Shown: positions 1 through 10,386, counted from the first letter of the stretch. The stretch is DNA of 64,000 bases from Pirellulales bacterium (GCA_963704265.1 CAVPHI010000003.1:189183-253182), one strand, 5' to 3'. Translations and numbers: made by a program. Notes: generated by a model not told the origin, from the letters alone.

Positions 1-622
1 CATCTTTGCGGCCCTTTCGGAGGGCACGCGCACGGTAGTGGCCGAGGCGGTGAAGGCCGCGCACGAGGCCGGCACGATCGTGAGCTACGACCTCAACTTT
101 CGTTCGAAGCTATGGTCGAGTGAGGAGGCGATCAAGACGACCAAGCCGCTCGTGCCGTACATCGATTGCCTGATTGGCAACGAGGAGGATTTCCAAAAGG
201 TGCTCGGCTACGACGTGGAGGGCGTCGACGTCGAAAAGGGCAAGCTCGATACCTCTGCGTTCAAGGCGATGGTCAACCGCGTGGTGAAGGACTATCCGAA
301 CATCAAGGTGGTCGGCACGACGCTGCGGGGTGTGAAGACGGCGCTGGTGAACGACTGGTCGGCCATTATGTGGCACGACGGCACGTTTTATGACGGGCCA
401 TCCTATCCCGACCTGGAGATCGAGGACCGCGTCGGCGGCGGCGACGGTTTTGCCTCGGGCTTCACGTATGGATTCCTCACCGGCCAGTCGCCGCAGCAAT
501 GCGTGAACTTGGGCGTGGCGCACGGCGCGCTGTTGATGAGCACTCGCGGCGATACGAGCCAGATTACGCTCGACGAGCTGCTGCACATCGCCGGCGGCGG
601 CTCGGCGCGGATCAAGCGGTAA
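1..622 (+). CDS. kdgK: PfkB-family sugar kinase, 2-dehydro-3-deoxygluconokinase-like; 5' end lies outside the window
   Basis: Frame 2 is open from the window edge to the stop at 620-622. It has the C-terminal PfkB region 'DRVGGGDGFASGFTYGFLTG'. Its neighbours are a GH88-like hydrolase, an SDR and a KDPG aldolase. Confidence 0.7.
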   Translation, partial: IFAALSEGTRTVVAEAVKAAHEAGTIVSYDLNFRSKLWSSEEAIKTTKPLVPYIDCLIGNEEDFQKVLGYDVEGVDVEKGKLDTSAFKAMVNRVVKDYPNIKVVGTTLRGVKTALVNDWSAIMWHDGTFYDGPSYPDLEIEDRVGGGDGFASGFTYGFLTGQSPQQCVNLGVAHGALLMSTRGDTSQITLDELLHIAGGGSARIKR

Positions 623-729
623 CGGAAACGCGATGGGAATCGTGGAATTAGCGCCGGCGGCAACGCCGGTGTACTGCGAGTACGCGTTGACCAACCAAAT
701 TCGGCCTGGCGGCCGACGCTAAGGGGCCA

Positions 730-2120
730 ATGATTCACCTCGACAAGAAACTCGCGCCGACGGATTTGTTGCCGCTCATCGAGCGGTTTTGGGCGCGGTC
801 GGGCGAGTGCATCGACGCGGTCGAGCGAGTTGCCCGCCGGGTCGTGCGTCGCCGGTGTTCACCGGTCGACGGCCGGTACACGTCGCAGGGCTGGACCGAG
901 TGGACGCAAGGCTTTCAGTACGGCTCGGCGCTGTTGCAATTCGATGCGACCGGCGACGAGCGATTTCTGGAACTTGGCCGAGAGCGGACGGTCGCGGTGA
1001 TGACGCCACACGTGACGCACGTCGGCGTCCACGACCACGGGTTCAACAACGTCAGCACGTACGGCAACTTGTGGCGGCTGATGAAGGAAGGGCGGATTCC
1101 GGAGCACGCCTGGGAGCGTCGGTTTTACGAGCTGGCGCTCAAGGCCAGCGGGGCGGTGCAGGCGGCCCGCTGGTCGAAGACCGCCGACGGCACGGGCTAC
1201 ATCTATTCGTTCAATGGCCCGCAGTCGCTGTTCGTCGATACGATTCGCTCGTGCCGTTCGCTCGCGGTGGCCCATCAACTTGGCCACGCGCTGATGGGCG
1301 AACGCGACCAACGAATCAGCTTGCTCGCGCGGCTGGTCGAGCACGCGACCAACACAGCCCGCTACAACATTTGGTACGGCGAGGGGCGCGACGCCTACGA
1401 TGTGGCCGGCCGCACGGCGCACGAAAGTCGTGTTCAACACCAACAACGGCGATTACCGTGCCCCTTCGACGCAGCAGGGCTATTCGCCGTTCAGCACGTG
1501 GACCCGCGGCCTGGCCTGGGCGATGTTCGGCTTCGCCGAACAGCTCGAATGGCTGACGACACGCGGCGACGATGAGTTGGCAACGGTCGGCGGGCGGAAT
1601 TGCCGTGAATGCGATATTCTTAAAGGCGGCCCGGGCAACCTGCGATTTTTACATCAACGAGACGCCCACCTGCGGCGTGCCGTATTGGGACACCGGCGCG
1701 CCGGGACTGGCGAAGATGGGCGACTATCGCGATCGGCCCGCCGACCCGTTCAACGAGCACGAGCCGGTCGACAGCTCGGCGGCGGCGATCGCGGCGCAAG
1801 GACTGCTGCGATTGGGCCACTACCTGGTCCACGAGCAGGGCGAATTGGAGGCGGGCAGCCGCTATGTGGAGGCGGGGCTGACGGTCGTCAAAACGCTGTT
1901 CGACGATCCGTACCTTTCGATCGATCCCGACCACGAGGGGCTTATCTTGCACTCGGTCTACCACCGGCCGAACGGTTGGGACTACGTGCCGCCGGGCCGC
2001 ACGGTACCGTGCGGCGAAGCCAGCATGTGGGGCGATTACCACGCCCGCGAAGTGGCACTGTACGTGGAGCGGCTGGCAGAAAGGGCGCCGTATTACACAT
2101 TTTTTGGGCCAACTGGGTGA
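730..2120 (+). CDS. GH88-like unsaturated glucuronyl hydrolase, split over three reading frames as assembled
   Basis: ORF pieces 730-1575, 1400-2131 and 1572-2120 carry consecutive parts of one protein. Frame 1 has 'GWTEWTQGFQYGSALL' and 'VHDHGFNN'. Frame 2 has 'VVFNTNNGDYRAPSTQQGYSPFSTWTRGLAWAMFGFAEQLEWL'. Frame 3 has 'ATCDFYINETP...AAIAAQGLLRL...GEASMWGDYHAREV'. The frame switches lie near 1420-1425 (A run) and 1590-1600 (G run). Confidence 0.75.
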
Positions 2121-2143
2121 CGAGAAATTGAAAAAAGCAAAAT

Positions 2144-2217
2144 GCAATTTGTACAATGTGAATTGACGAATCCGCAATTTGCCCTTTTCATTTGTCAATT
2201 TGCAATGTGGAATCCGA
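2144..2217. promoter_or_regulatory. AT-rich intergenic region with repeated CAATTTG / CAATGTG motifs (candidate operator/promoter for the SDR-eda genes)
   Basis: 'GCAATTTGTACAATGTGAATTGAC' (2144-2167) and 'TCAATTTGCAATGTGGAATCCGA' (2195-2217) form a ~22-nt direct repeat. A third CAATTTG lies at 2175-2181. The 130-nt spacer is much more AT-rich than the flanking genes. Confidence 0.3.
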
Positions 2218-2249
2218 TCACGGCATTGGGTTCCCGATAGGCATGGGCA

Positions 2250-3032
2250 ATGGTTAATTATTCCAAACGCGTGGCACTTGTGACCGGCGGCAGCCGCGGG
2301 ATTGGCTTGGGCATTGCCGAGGCGCTGGCCGACAGCGGCTTCGATTTGGCGATCAATGGTGTTCGCGAATCGGCTCAGGTTGCCGACACGATGACGGCGC
2401 TCGAAAAGCGCGGCGCCGCCGTCCAATATTGCCCGGGCAACGTGGCGGTGGCCGGCGACCGGCAAGCGATCGTGGACGCCGTGCGCGAACGATTCGGCCG
2501 GCTCGACGTGCTGGTGAACAACGCCGGCGTGGCGCCCGCCGTGCGGGCCGATATCCTCGATGCCACGGAAGAAAGCTTCGACCGCGTGCTCGGCATCAAT
2601 CTTAAAGGCCCGTATTTTTTGACGCAGCTCGTTGCCCGTTGGATGATCGAACAACGTCACGCCGACGACCAATTCAGCGGCGTAATCGTGAACATCTCGT
2701 CGGTGAGCGCGACCGAAGCTTCGATCAATCGCGGCGATTATTGCATCAGCAAAGCGGGCATCGTGATGGCCACGCAGCTTTGGGCCCACCGGCTCGCCGA
2801 GTTCGGCATCGCGGTGTACGAAATTCGACCAGGCATCATCCACACCGATATGAGTGCCGCGGTGGCCGAAAAATACGATCGGTTGATCGCGAACGGTCTC
2901 ACGGTCGAAAACCGCTGGGGCGAGCCGGACGATGTCGGCCGCGCGGTGGCCATGCTCGCCCGCGGCGAGCTTACCTACGCGACGGGCAATGTGCTGAACA
3001 TCGATGGCGGGCTGACGCTGCGGCGGTTGTAG
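2250..3032 (+). CDS. Short-chain dehydrogenase/reductase (3-oxoacyl-ACP reductase / KduD-like)
   Basis: 260-aa ORF with Rossmann motif 'ALVTGGSRGIGLGIA', 'NNAG', the catalytic 'YCISKAG' (YxxxK) and the C-terminal 'NIDGG'. Confidence 0.85.
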   Translation: MVNYSKRVALVTGGSRGIGLGIAEALADSGFDLAINGVRESAQVADTMTALEKRGAAVQYCPGNVAVAGDRQAIVDAVRERFGRLDVLVNNAGVAPAVRADILDATEESFDRVLGINLKGPYFLTQLVARWMIEQRHADDQFSGVIVNISSVSATEASINRGDYCISKAGIVMATQLWAHRLAEFGIAVYEIRPGIIHTDMSAAVAEKYDRLIANGLTVENRWGEPDDVGRAVAMLARGELTYATGNVLNIDGGLTLRRL

Positions 3033-3050
3033 TCCTACAAAGGAACACAA

Positions 3051-3695
3051 ATGAGTGATATTTTAGACCGCCTAGCGGCGCTGAAGCTCATTCCCATGGT
3101 CGTGATGGACCGGGCCGAGCATGCCGGGGCATTTGGAGACGCGCTGGTGGCGGGCGGGCTGCCGGTGGCGGAGGTCACGTTTCGGACTCCGGCGGCTGAA
3201 CACGCGATCCGCGCGTTAGCGAAGCGTGGCGATGTGCTGGTGGGGGCGGGCACGATTCTGACGAGGGAGCAGGCCGATCGGGCGATTGACGCGGGCGCAC
3301 AGTTTCTGGTTGCGCCGGGCACGAACCCGGAGGTCGTCGAGCATGTCGTGATGCGCGGCGTACCGATGGTGCCCGGCATCGCGACGCCGAGCGAAATCGA
3401 GCTGGCCATTTCCTTGGGCGCCACGGCGCTCAAGTTCTTTCCGGCCGAAACGATGGGCGGCGTTGCGGCGTTGCGGGCGTTCGCCGGGCCGTACCCCGAG
3501 GCGCGATTCATCCCCACCGGCGGCATTACGCCGGAGTTGCTGCCGAACTATCTCCAACTGAAGCACGTCGTGGCGTGTGGCGGATCGTGGCTCGCCCCGC
3601 GGGAGCTACTCACGGCGGGTCGGTTCGACGCGATTGCAGTGCGCATTGAACAGGCCAAGAAGCTGCTCAGCGGACTGCCGGGCTTTACGACGTAA
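3051..3695 (+). CDS. eda: KDPG / 4-hydroxy-2-oxoglutarate aldolase
   Basis: 214-aa ORF with 'GLPVAEVTFRTPAA', 'VGAGTILT', 'GAQFLVAPG', 'LKFFPAE' and 'FIPTGGI', typical of Eda-family class I aldolases. The start lies 19 nt after the SDR stop. Confidence 0.9.
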   Translation: MSDILDRLAALKLIPMVVMDRAEHAGAFGDALVAGGLPVAEVTFRTPAAEHAIRALAKRGDVLVGAGTILTREQADRAIDAGAQFLVAPGTNPEVVEHVVMRGVPMVPGIATPSEIELAISLGATALKFFPAETMGGVAALRAFAGPYPEARFIPTGGITPELLPNYLQLKHVVACGGSWLAPRELLTAGRFDAIAVRIEQAKKLLSGLPGFTT

Positions 3696-3748
3696 GCGTG
3701 CCGGTCGCTGAGAGCGGCGAAGGGGCAGACACACTTTTGCTCCAAAGA

Positions 3749-5800
3749 CTACGCAAAATGAGCCAGTCCCCGGCCTGCCGCGAGCAGTTGCCCGATCCGT
3801 GCAGCATTTGCGGGGCGTGAGAAGTAATATCCTTGGACGGTGTCGCATCCCATGCGCGCGAGCATGGCGGCCTGTTCGGCGGTCTCGACCCCTTCGGCGA
3901 TCACGTCGAAACCCAGATTGGTCGCCAGCGCGATGATTGTTTTCACGATCGCGGCGTGCCCCTCGCGCGAGGTCATTTCATTGACGAACGACCGATCGAT
4001 CTTCAGCACGTCCAGCGGCAGGCGATGAAGCAGGGCCAGGCTCGAGTAGCCGGTTCCAAAGTCGTCGAGTCCCACCTGAATGTGCATCTCGCGCAGGACG
4101 TTGAGGAGGGCGGCTGCTTTTTCGGTGTTCTCCATCAACACGCTCTCGGTCAATTCCAGCTTCAGGCTCGTTGGATCGATGCCGGTTTCCTCAATTGTTC
4201 GCCGAATGAATTCGAATAATTCGTCGTCGCCGAATTGCTTGCAGGAGATGTTCGCGCTCACGAATAGGGGCGGATCGCTGGGGAATTGCTGCTGCCAAGC
4301 GGCTGCCTGCTCGCACGCGGTGCGGAGCACGTAGCGACCGATCGCGACGATCAGCCCGGTTTCTTCCGCGACCGGGATGAAATCGGCCGGCATTACCAGG
4401 CCGCGATTCGGATGTTGCCAACGAACCAGAGCCTCGACACCGATCACTCGATTGCGGGACAACGAGTAGATCGGCTGATAATTCAGCTCGAATTGCCGCC
4501 GCTCGACTGCCTGTCGCAGGTCGATCTCGAGGGCCAGGCGAATCTCCGCTCGTTGCTGCATGCTGGCGTCGAAGACACGGGAGCAGGAACGGCCTTGGGA
4601 CTTGGCGTAGTACATCGCCGTGTCGGCCTCGCGGAGCAGGTCTTCGGCCCGTTGGTGTTCGCCGGGCCCCACGGAGATGCCAATACTGGCGGAAACGGAG
4701 ACATCGCGTTCGCAAATGACAAAAGGCAGGGCCAGACCGGCGAGAATTCGTTCGGCGATAAGCTCCGCGTCGGATGGATTTCCGATGTTTTCGAGCAGCA
4801 CCGTGAATTCGTCTCCGCCGAGCCGAGCCACGCTACACCTGCCGGCCAAGCGCGTCACCAAATCCGTTTGTCGCACGCTGCCGACAAGTCGCTCGGCAAG
4901 CGCCGTGAGCAACTGATCGCCGGCCTCGTGGCCCATGCTGTCGTTGATCAGCTTGAAGTTGTCCAGGTCCAGGAAAAGCACGGCAAACGGCGTCGGATCC
5001 CACTTCTGGGCTTGAAAGCACTTATCGACGCGGTCGAGGAACAATAGCCGGTTGGGCAGTCCGGTCAGGGCATCCAATACTTTGCCATGGGTGATGTCGG
5101 TGATCGAACCGGCCAGGCGAGTCGGTCGGCCTTGGTCGTCGCGAAGCGCCAGCCAGCGGCACAGAATCCAGCGTTGTTCGCCGTTGCGATCGGCGACTCG
5201 AAAATCCGTTTGATTCGTTTCAGCGCAATTAATGGTTGTCGACTCGAGTTCCGCCTGAACGCGCTCGCGATCGCTCGGATGGATGCGATTTAACCATGCC
5301 TCCGGCGTATCGTCCATGGCGTCGTCGTGACTCTGCATCACGTCGTGCCAGCGGGGCGAATAATAGATTTTGCCCGTCCTCACGTTCCAGTCCCACAAGC
5401 CGTCGCTTGCGCCGCGTGCGGCGAGCGCATACCGCTCCTCGCTTTCGCGGAGCGCCGTTTGAACCCGCTTGAGATTCAAATGCGTGGCGATCCGCGCGAG
5501 CGTCACGCCCACGTCGAACGGCTTGGTAATGTAGTCGTTTGCGCCGTGTTCAAACGCTTCGACCATCCGCCGGCTGTCAGTGGCAGACGTACACATGATG
5601 ACCGGCAGTTCCGCCGCGCCTGCCGATTCGCGCAGGTCTCGCAATACCTCGAATCCGGTTCGGTCGGGCATTACGACGTCGAGGAGCACGAGGTCGAACG
5701 CTTCGCGGGCGACCATCGCCAGCGCCTCGCGACCGCTGGCCGCCATCAACGCCTCGTAGTGATGCTTGCGCAGCAGCACGGCAAGCATCTCGCGATTCAA
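3749..5800 (-). CDS. Response regulator with REC, PAS, GGDEF and EAL domains (c-di-GMP turnover)
   Basis: Motifs 'DLVLLDVVMPDRTG' (REC), 'RLGGDEFTVLL' (GGDEF), and 'EALVRW' plus 'DDFGTGYSSL' (EAL). The first REC strand 'KILVVDDE' is encoded upstream of the first canonical start (5801-5845), so the true start is unresolved. Confidence 0.85.
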   Translation of the reverse strand: MNREMLAVLLRKHHYEALMAASGREALAMVAREAFDLVLLDVVMPDRTGFEVLRDLRESAGAAELPVIMCTSATDSRRMVEAFEHGANDYITKPFDVGVTLARIATHLNLKRVQTALRESEERYALAARGASDGLWDWNVRTGKIYYSPRWHDVMQSHDDAMDDTPEAWLNRIHPSDRERVQAELESTTINCAETNQTDFRVADRNGEQRWILCRWLALRDDQGRPTRLAGSITDITHGKVLDALTGLPNRLLFLDRVDKCFQAQKWDPTPFAVLFLDLDNFKLINDSMGHEAGDQLLTALAERLVGSVRQTDLVTRLAGRCSVARLGGDEFTVLLENIGNPSDAELIAERILAGLALPFVICERDVSVSASIGISVGPGEHQRAEDLLREADTAMYYAKSQGRSCSRVFDASMQQRAEIRLALEIDLRQAVERRQFELNYQPIYSLSRNRVIGVEALVRWQHPNRGLVMPADFIPVAEETGLIVAIGRYVLRTACEQAAAWQQQFPSDPPLFVSANISCKQFGDDELFEFIRRTIEETGIDPTSLKLELTESVLMENTEKAAALLNVLREMHIQVGLDDFGTGYSSLALLHRLPLDVLKIDRSFVNEMTSREGHAAIVKTIIALATNLGFDVIAEGVETAEQAAMLARMGCDTVQGYYFSRPANAARIGQLLAAGRGLAHFA

Positions 5801-6154
5801 GCGTTCGTCGTCGACGACCAGGATCTTGCGCGCGGCGCCTGCGTGGCTGTCGCGGGTTGACGCGAAGTTTCAAGGGTCTCGACAACCGACGCCATATCCG
5901 GACTTACCTATCGTTTGCGTAGCAAGGAGCGCCACCCCGAAGCCAGGGCCACCGTTCCGCCCCGCGCGGGTTGGCGCCGCAATGCCGTGTCAGTTGTACG
6001 CACTGTGCAAAGAAAACCGTCTGAGTATGTCCTTGCGCCACACTTGTACGCAAAACCATAGGTTGCAGCCCAACGACGATTCGGCAGCAACCAGATTGCT
6101 GACGTAACATTCGGGAGGTTCCGCGGCGGCGGGATATGCGTCGCCCTCGCAACC

Positions 6155-8988
6155 ATGCCCTTCCTACGCCAATTGTCCGCCATGCTGCCTGCACAATCGT
6201 CACCGTCGAATTCTTTGGACCCGGCCGCAGCGATCCGGCTGAGGCCTGCCCGCAAGTGGCATCACGTAGACGTGTACTTTCTGTTGGCGATGTTCAACTT
6301 GTTGACGGTCGCGCTGAGTCTCGCGGTAGGCCATCAGCTCGCAGACGTTTTTTCCTCGTCGGTCGAAGTCAACAGGCAGTGGTCCGATCGCCAGCAGGTA
6401 CTTACCCGTCTCGGCACGGCGGCCGCCGCGGTAAACGCGCCCGGAAACGACGTGTTCGAGTCGCGCGACGTCAACGGTGAGCGCGCCCGCTTGGTTGAGG
6501 CGGCTGGAGTGTTTCGTGCCACTTCGGCGAACGTCAGGCAAGACCTTGTACGGCTGGAAGGCACGCAAGTGCCTTCCAGGCGCTTGCGTTTCTCGACGCA
6601 CTCGATTCGGAAGTCGGCCACATGATCGAGGCCGCCGACCGCGTATTCGACATGGTCGCTGACGGAGACCCGCGGGCCGCCGCTGCCATGATGGCTCGTA
6701 TGGACCGGCACTTTGCCCAGGCCAGAGCCGAAGTCGTACGCATGAATGCTTGGGCCAGCGAAGCCCAGGAGTCGTATTTCGCCGAGCAGCAGCAATACGT
6801 GAGCGACGAGGAACGGCTCGAAATAGTGATTGCTGGGTTGGTCGTCGTCATGGTGGGGGCGGCTGCGACGTATGGATTTTCGATCTCGCGGCGGATGCAG
6901 ACGATCGTCGCAGACATGCGGGAAGCCAAGCAGGCCGCCGAAGACGCCAACCGATCGAAGAGCGAGTTCCTGGCCAACATGAGCCATGAGATTCGCACGC
7001 CGATGAACGGCATCCTCGGCCTGACTGAACTCGCTCTGCAATCGCCCCTTGTGCCGGAACGACGGCAGCACTTGGAAATGGTCCTGATGTCGGCCGGTTC
7101 GCTGATGACCGTGTTAAACGACGTCTTGGATTTCTCCAAGATCGAGGCAGGCAGGATACAGCTCGATCTTGAGGACTTCGACATCCGCGAGGCAGTCGGC
7201 AATGCCGTCAAGCCGTTCGGCCTCCGCGCCAGCCAGAAGAATATTGAACTAATTGGTCGCATCGCGCGGGAAGTTCCCGAATACGTCATCGGCGACGCGG
7301 GACGCATCCGTCAGATTCTGGTCAATCTGCTTGGCAATGCGCTGAAGTTCACCGATCGCGGCGAGGTATTCGTGGACGTCAACGTCCGCGAGATGTCGTC
7401 GGAGTCGGTTGCTCTCGAGTTCACCGTCCGCGATACCGGTATCGGCATCGCCGAGGACAAGCTGGACAGCGTCTTCGAAGCCTTCATTCAGGCCGACGGT
7501 TCGACGACGCGCCGCTTCGGAGGCACCGGGCTCGGCCTGACGATTAGTAAGCGGTTTGTCGAACTGATGGGGGGCGAGATTTGGATCAAGAGCGAACTGG
7601 GCAAGGGGAGCACGTTCGGTTTCCACATCGTGTGCCAGCGATCGACGCACACGCGAGAGGAACGGAACGATGCGCAGCTCGTGTCGCTCGAAGGGCTACG
7701 TGTGTTGGTCGTGGACGACAATGCCACCAACCGGCTGATCCTCCGCGAGATGCTCGATAGCTGGTGCATGAACCCGACGATCGTCGGAGACGGCCCGCAG
7801 GCGATCGCCGAGCTCGAACGCGCACGTCGCATTCGCCGGCCGTACGACCTGCTGCTGCTCGATGCCCACATGCCGGGCATGGACGGTTTCACCGTCGCCC
7901 GGCAGGTGCGCCAGCACCAGGAACTTACCGACACGCAAATCATGATGCTCACGTCCATCGACCGGTATGACGCCAGCACCCTGTGCGCCGAGTTGGGGCT
8001 GGCCTCGCACCTTACGAAGCCGATCAAGCAGTCGGAACTGCTGGACGCCATCGTCGAGGTCCGGCAGGCCGTCCCAACCTCCGAGGCGCATCACGACCGC
8101 CACGCCGCTGCAACGCAATCGTACCGCCGACCCGAGCGGCCACTCGAGATCCTGGTGGCCGAGGACAACTTCGTCAATCAACAGGTGGTGCGACAGATTT
8201 TGGAGCGCGAGGGCCACGCCGTGACGTTTGCCAACGACGGACGGGAAGCGGTCGAAGCCGTGGCCGCTCAGCGTTACGACGTCGTCCTCATGGACGTGCA
8301 GATGCCCGTGCTCGACGGCTATCAGGCGACCATCGAGATTCGCAACCACGAAGCAAGGCACGGAGGTCGAGTACCGATCATCGCCCTGACGGCTCACGCC
8401 ATGCAGGGCGACAACGATCGCTGCCTTGGCGCCGGGATGGACGCCTATGTCACCAAGCCCATTCAGGTCGCAGTGCTGTTGTCGACGATCGCCGACGTTC
8501 TGAGCAAAAAAGAATCTCGCCCCGACGCGTGGCCGACCTCGTACGCCGTTCAACCCGGCGAGCGCGGCGGAGCACGACCGGTCGAACCGCAACCTGATGG
8601 GTCCGCTGATTCCGCCGAAGTGTTCCCTGCGCCAGAAACGCAGTTCGATCGTGATGGCCTGCTGGCCCGAATTTGCGGTGATCGAAACGCGCTCGCAACC
8701 GTGACCGACATTTTCCGCAGCGAACTGCCCCGCCAGGTGGCCGACATCCGGGCCGCCATCGCGGCGCGCGACGGCCAAACGCTCAAGAATGCGGCCCATT
8801 CGTGCAAGGGGACCGCCGCCAACTTGGGCGGCGTTGGCGCCGCGACAATCGCCAAACGAATCGAGGATCTGGCGAAGGAGAGCGATTTCGATACTGCCTC
8901 CCAGGCCGCGACCGACCTCGCCGCGTCGCTTGACGCCTTGGTCGCTCAACTCGACGCCCTGCTGGCCGAAGAGCTTGTTGCAAGCTGA
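6155..8988 (+). CDS. Hybrid sensor histidine kinase (TM sensor, HisKA, HATPase, two REC domains, Hpt), one frame break as assembled
   Basis: ORF 6155-6625 carries the TM segment '[19 protein letters not shown]'. It continues in the frame of ORF 6622-8988, which reads '[26 protein letters not shown]' upstream of the listed Met. Motifs present: H-box '[12 protein letters not shown]', G2 '[18 protein letters not shown]', two 'DDN..N' REC domains and Hpt '[13 protein letters not shown]'. The frame switch is near 6565-6580. Confidence 0.85.
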
Positions 8989-9034
8989 TGCCATCGGCGC
9001 GTCGCGAAGCCAAGCCGCGGGACGTAATGCAAAG

Positions 9035-9063
9035 TACGCCCGGCAGGATTCGAACCTGCGACC
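9035..9063 (-). other. Isolated tRNA 3' fragment (variable loop, T-arm, 3' acceptor strand); not a complete tRNA
   Basis: The minus strand reads GGTC-GCAGG-TTCGAAT-CCTGC-CGGGCGT-A, a canonical T-arm plus acceptor. The sequence 5' of it is the 3' end of CDS 9067-9984, and it cannot form anticodon or D arms or the matching 5' acceptor strand ACGCCCG. Confidence 0.6.
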
Positions 9064-9066
9064 GGG

Positions 9067-9984
9067 CTACTTTAGGGACGCACGCCTCGCCGCTTCAGGG
9101 CCGATCAGTTTATCGAAGGCCTGGCGTTCACGGATCAACGCGGCCACGCGATCGGACGGCTGGTCGCTGGATTCGATCAGCAACCAACCGTCGTAGTGAA
9201 TGCCTTGGAGCAGCTTGAACAATTGCGGGTACGGGTATAGGCCGCCCGCGAGTTGCCGGACATGCAACGTGGCGCCCAATCGCTGTTGCACGAGTCGTAA
9301 ATTGTGTTCGAGACCTTCGCCTTGCAAGTCCTGCGGATTGCTATTCCAGCACACAGCCACGCTCGGATGATCGGCCACTTGCATGATCGCCGCAATGATG
9401 GGCAGCGGGGCACATTGGCCGTGTACTTCCAACCGCACTTGCTGGCCGAAATCGGCCGCAAAGGCACCCAGTTCGTTGAGAGCTTTACCAATTTGCTCGA
9501 TGGTTTTTTGTTGAGGCACTTCTTTCGGCAAGTCATTCGGTTTTACTTTGACTCCGCTCCCACCGATTGCATGGCTTAGTTTGATAAACTCCTTTGCCCG
9601 GTCGATCGAACTCTTGTGCGAACTCGCGTCGACGTTGTGAAACGCCTCGTTACTTCCCAAACCGAGTAGTTTCACGGGACTATCTGCAAAACGCTGCTTC
9701 ACTTCTCGGCGTTTGTCGGCGGAAATGCTTGGCTCGACGCCATGCGCATGACCGGTACGAAGTTCAACGCCGAGCGCTTTCGCCCTTTCGCAATTTGCAA
9801 GCAGAGTTGGCAGATCCCAATCGTAGCCCCACATATAGGTAACCAAACCAAACCGCAACCTGGCAGCATTTGCATTGTTGCTTGGCTCCGCGCTGCTGGC
9901 CGAAACGCCGGACGCATGCACAAATCCAGCCGCGGCCAATCCGGCAACCGAATGTAAAAAATCGCGACGATCGACCGTTACCAT
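9067..9984 (-). CDS. Sugar phosphate isomerase/epimerase (xylose isomerase-like TIM barrel) with Tat-type signal
   Basis: Starts 'MVTVDRRDFLHSVAGLAAAGFVHASG' (twin-arginine signal), followed by TIM-barrel motifs 'GVELRTGHAHGVEP' and 'VRLEVHGQ'. The upstream 26 codons of the listed ORF look like non-coding read-in. Confidence 0.75.
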   Translation of the reverse strand: MVTVDRRDFLHSVAGLAAAGFVHASGVSASSAEPSNNANAARLRFGLVTYMWGYDWDLPTLLANCERAKALGVELRTGHAHGVEPSISADKRREVKQRFADSPVKLLGLGSNEAFHNVDASSHKSSIDRAKEFIKLSHAIGGSGVKVKPNDLPKEVPQQKTIEQIGKALNELGAFAADFGQQVRLEVHGQCAPLPIIAAIMQVADHPSVAVCWNSNPQDLQGEGLEHNLRLVQQRLGATLHVRQLAGGLYPYPQLFKLLQGIHYDGWLLIESSDQPSDRVAALIRERQAFDKLIGPEAARRASLK

Positions 9985-10065
9985 TTCGAACTCCTCGGAT
10001 GAAGCTACGAGTGACTGGTCCAGACGGAAAGGAGTGGCTCGAATACTCCATGGTGAATGCAAACT

Positions 10066-10386
10066 TCAAATGCGACAACTTGGAGGCTGATTCGTAGGTC
10101 GATTGGCGGGGCTTAGCACGGGAACCAGAACAATGCGTCCCAGCACATCGTCGGTGCGAATCTCGCCCATCAGGCCTTTGATGGCCATGGGGCCTTCGTA
10201 TTTGTTGCCGTGATTACCGCCAAATGCAACCAGTCCCTCACCCGCTCGCGCATTCGGCCCTACGAACATCGTGAGCGAAATCAGGTGATCTCCCCAAATG
10301 CTTTCGTGCTCGAGGGCGATCCAATAGTCGCGGCGGCCGAGAGATTCGAGGTCGAGCTTGTCGAGACGAACGACTTGCCGTGTCAT
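10066..10386 (-). pseudogene. N-terminal ~105-aa fragment of a succinylglutamate desuccinylase/aspartoacylase (M14-like) family gene
   Basis: 'MTRQVVRLDKL...FGGNHGNKYEGPMAIKGLMGEIRTDDVLGRIVLVPVLSPA' matches the N-terminal zinc-site region of this ~330-aa family and then stops. Its ATG overlaps the stop of the upstream MFS fragment (ATGA at 10383-10386). Confidence 0.45.

Noticed and set aside
1620-3050. 476-aa ORF on the minus strand spanning the GH88-like 3' end and the whole SDR gene
   Set aside because: It lies antisense to two genes with clear family motifs and has Arg/Ala/Gly-rich, low-complexity composition typical of shadow ORFs in GC-rich DNA. The same applies to 7696-8994(-), 14593-15732(-), 18039-19268(+), 6334-7307(-), 58366-59121(+), 59438-60010(+) and 60301-61026(+).
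8989-9031. Hairpin CGTCGCG-AAGCCAAGC-CGCGGGACG after the kinase stop, sharing the 9-mer GCCAAGCCG with the DUF1559 leader element
   Set aside because: The stem is interrupted (4 bp + bulge + 3 bp), and the shared 9-mer alone is too short to place it in the same repeat family. At most it is a weak terminator.
9035-9110. Possible complete tRNA gene on the minus strand
   Set aside because: Only the variable loop, T-arm and 3' acceptor are present. I could not build an anticodon stem from the preceding 45 nt. The required 5' acceptor strand ACGCCCG is absent, and the region is the 3' end of a well-supported CDS.
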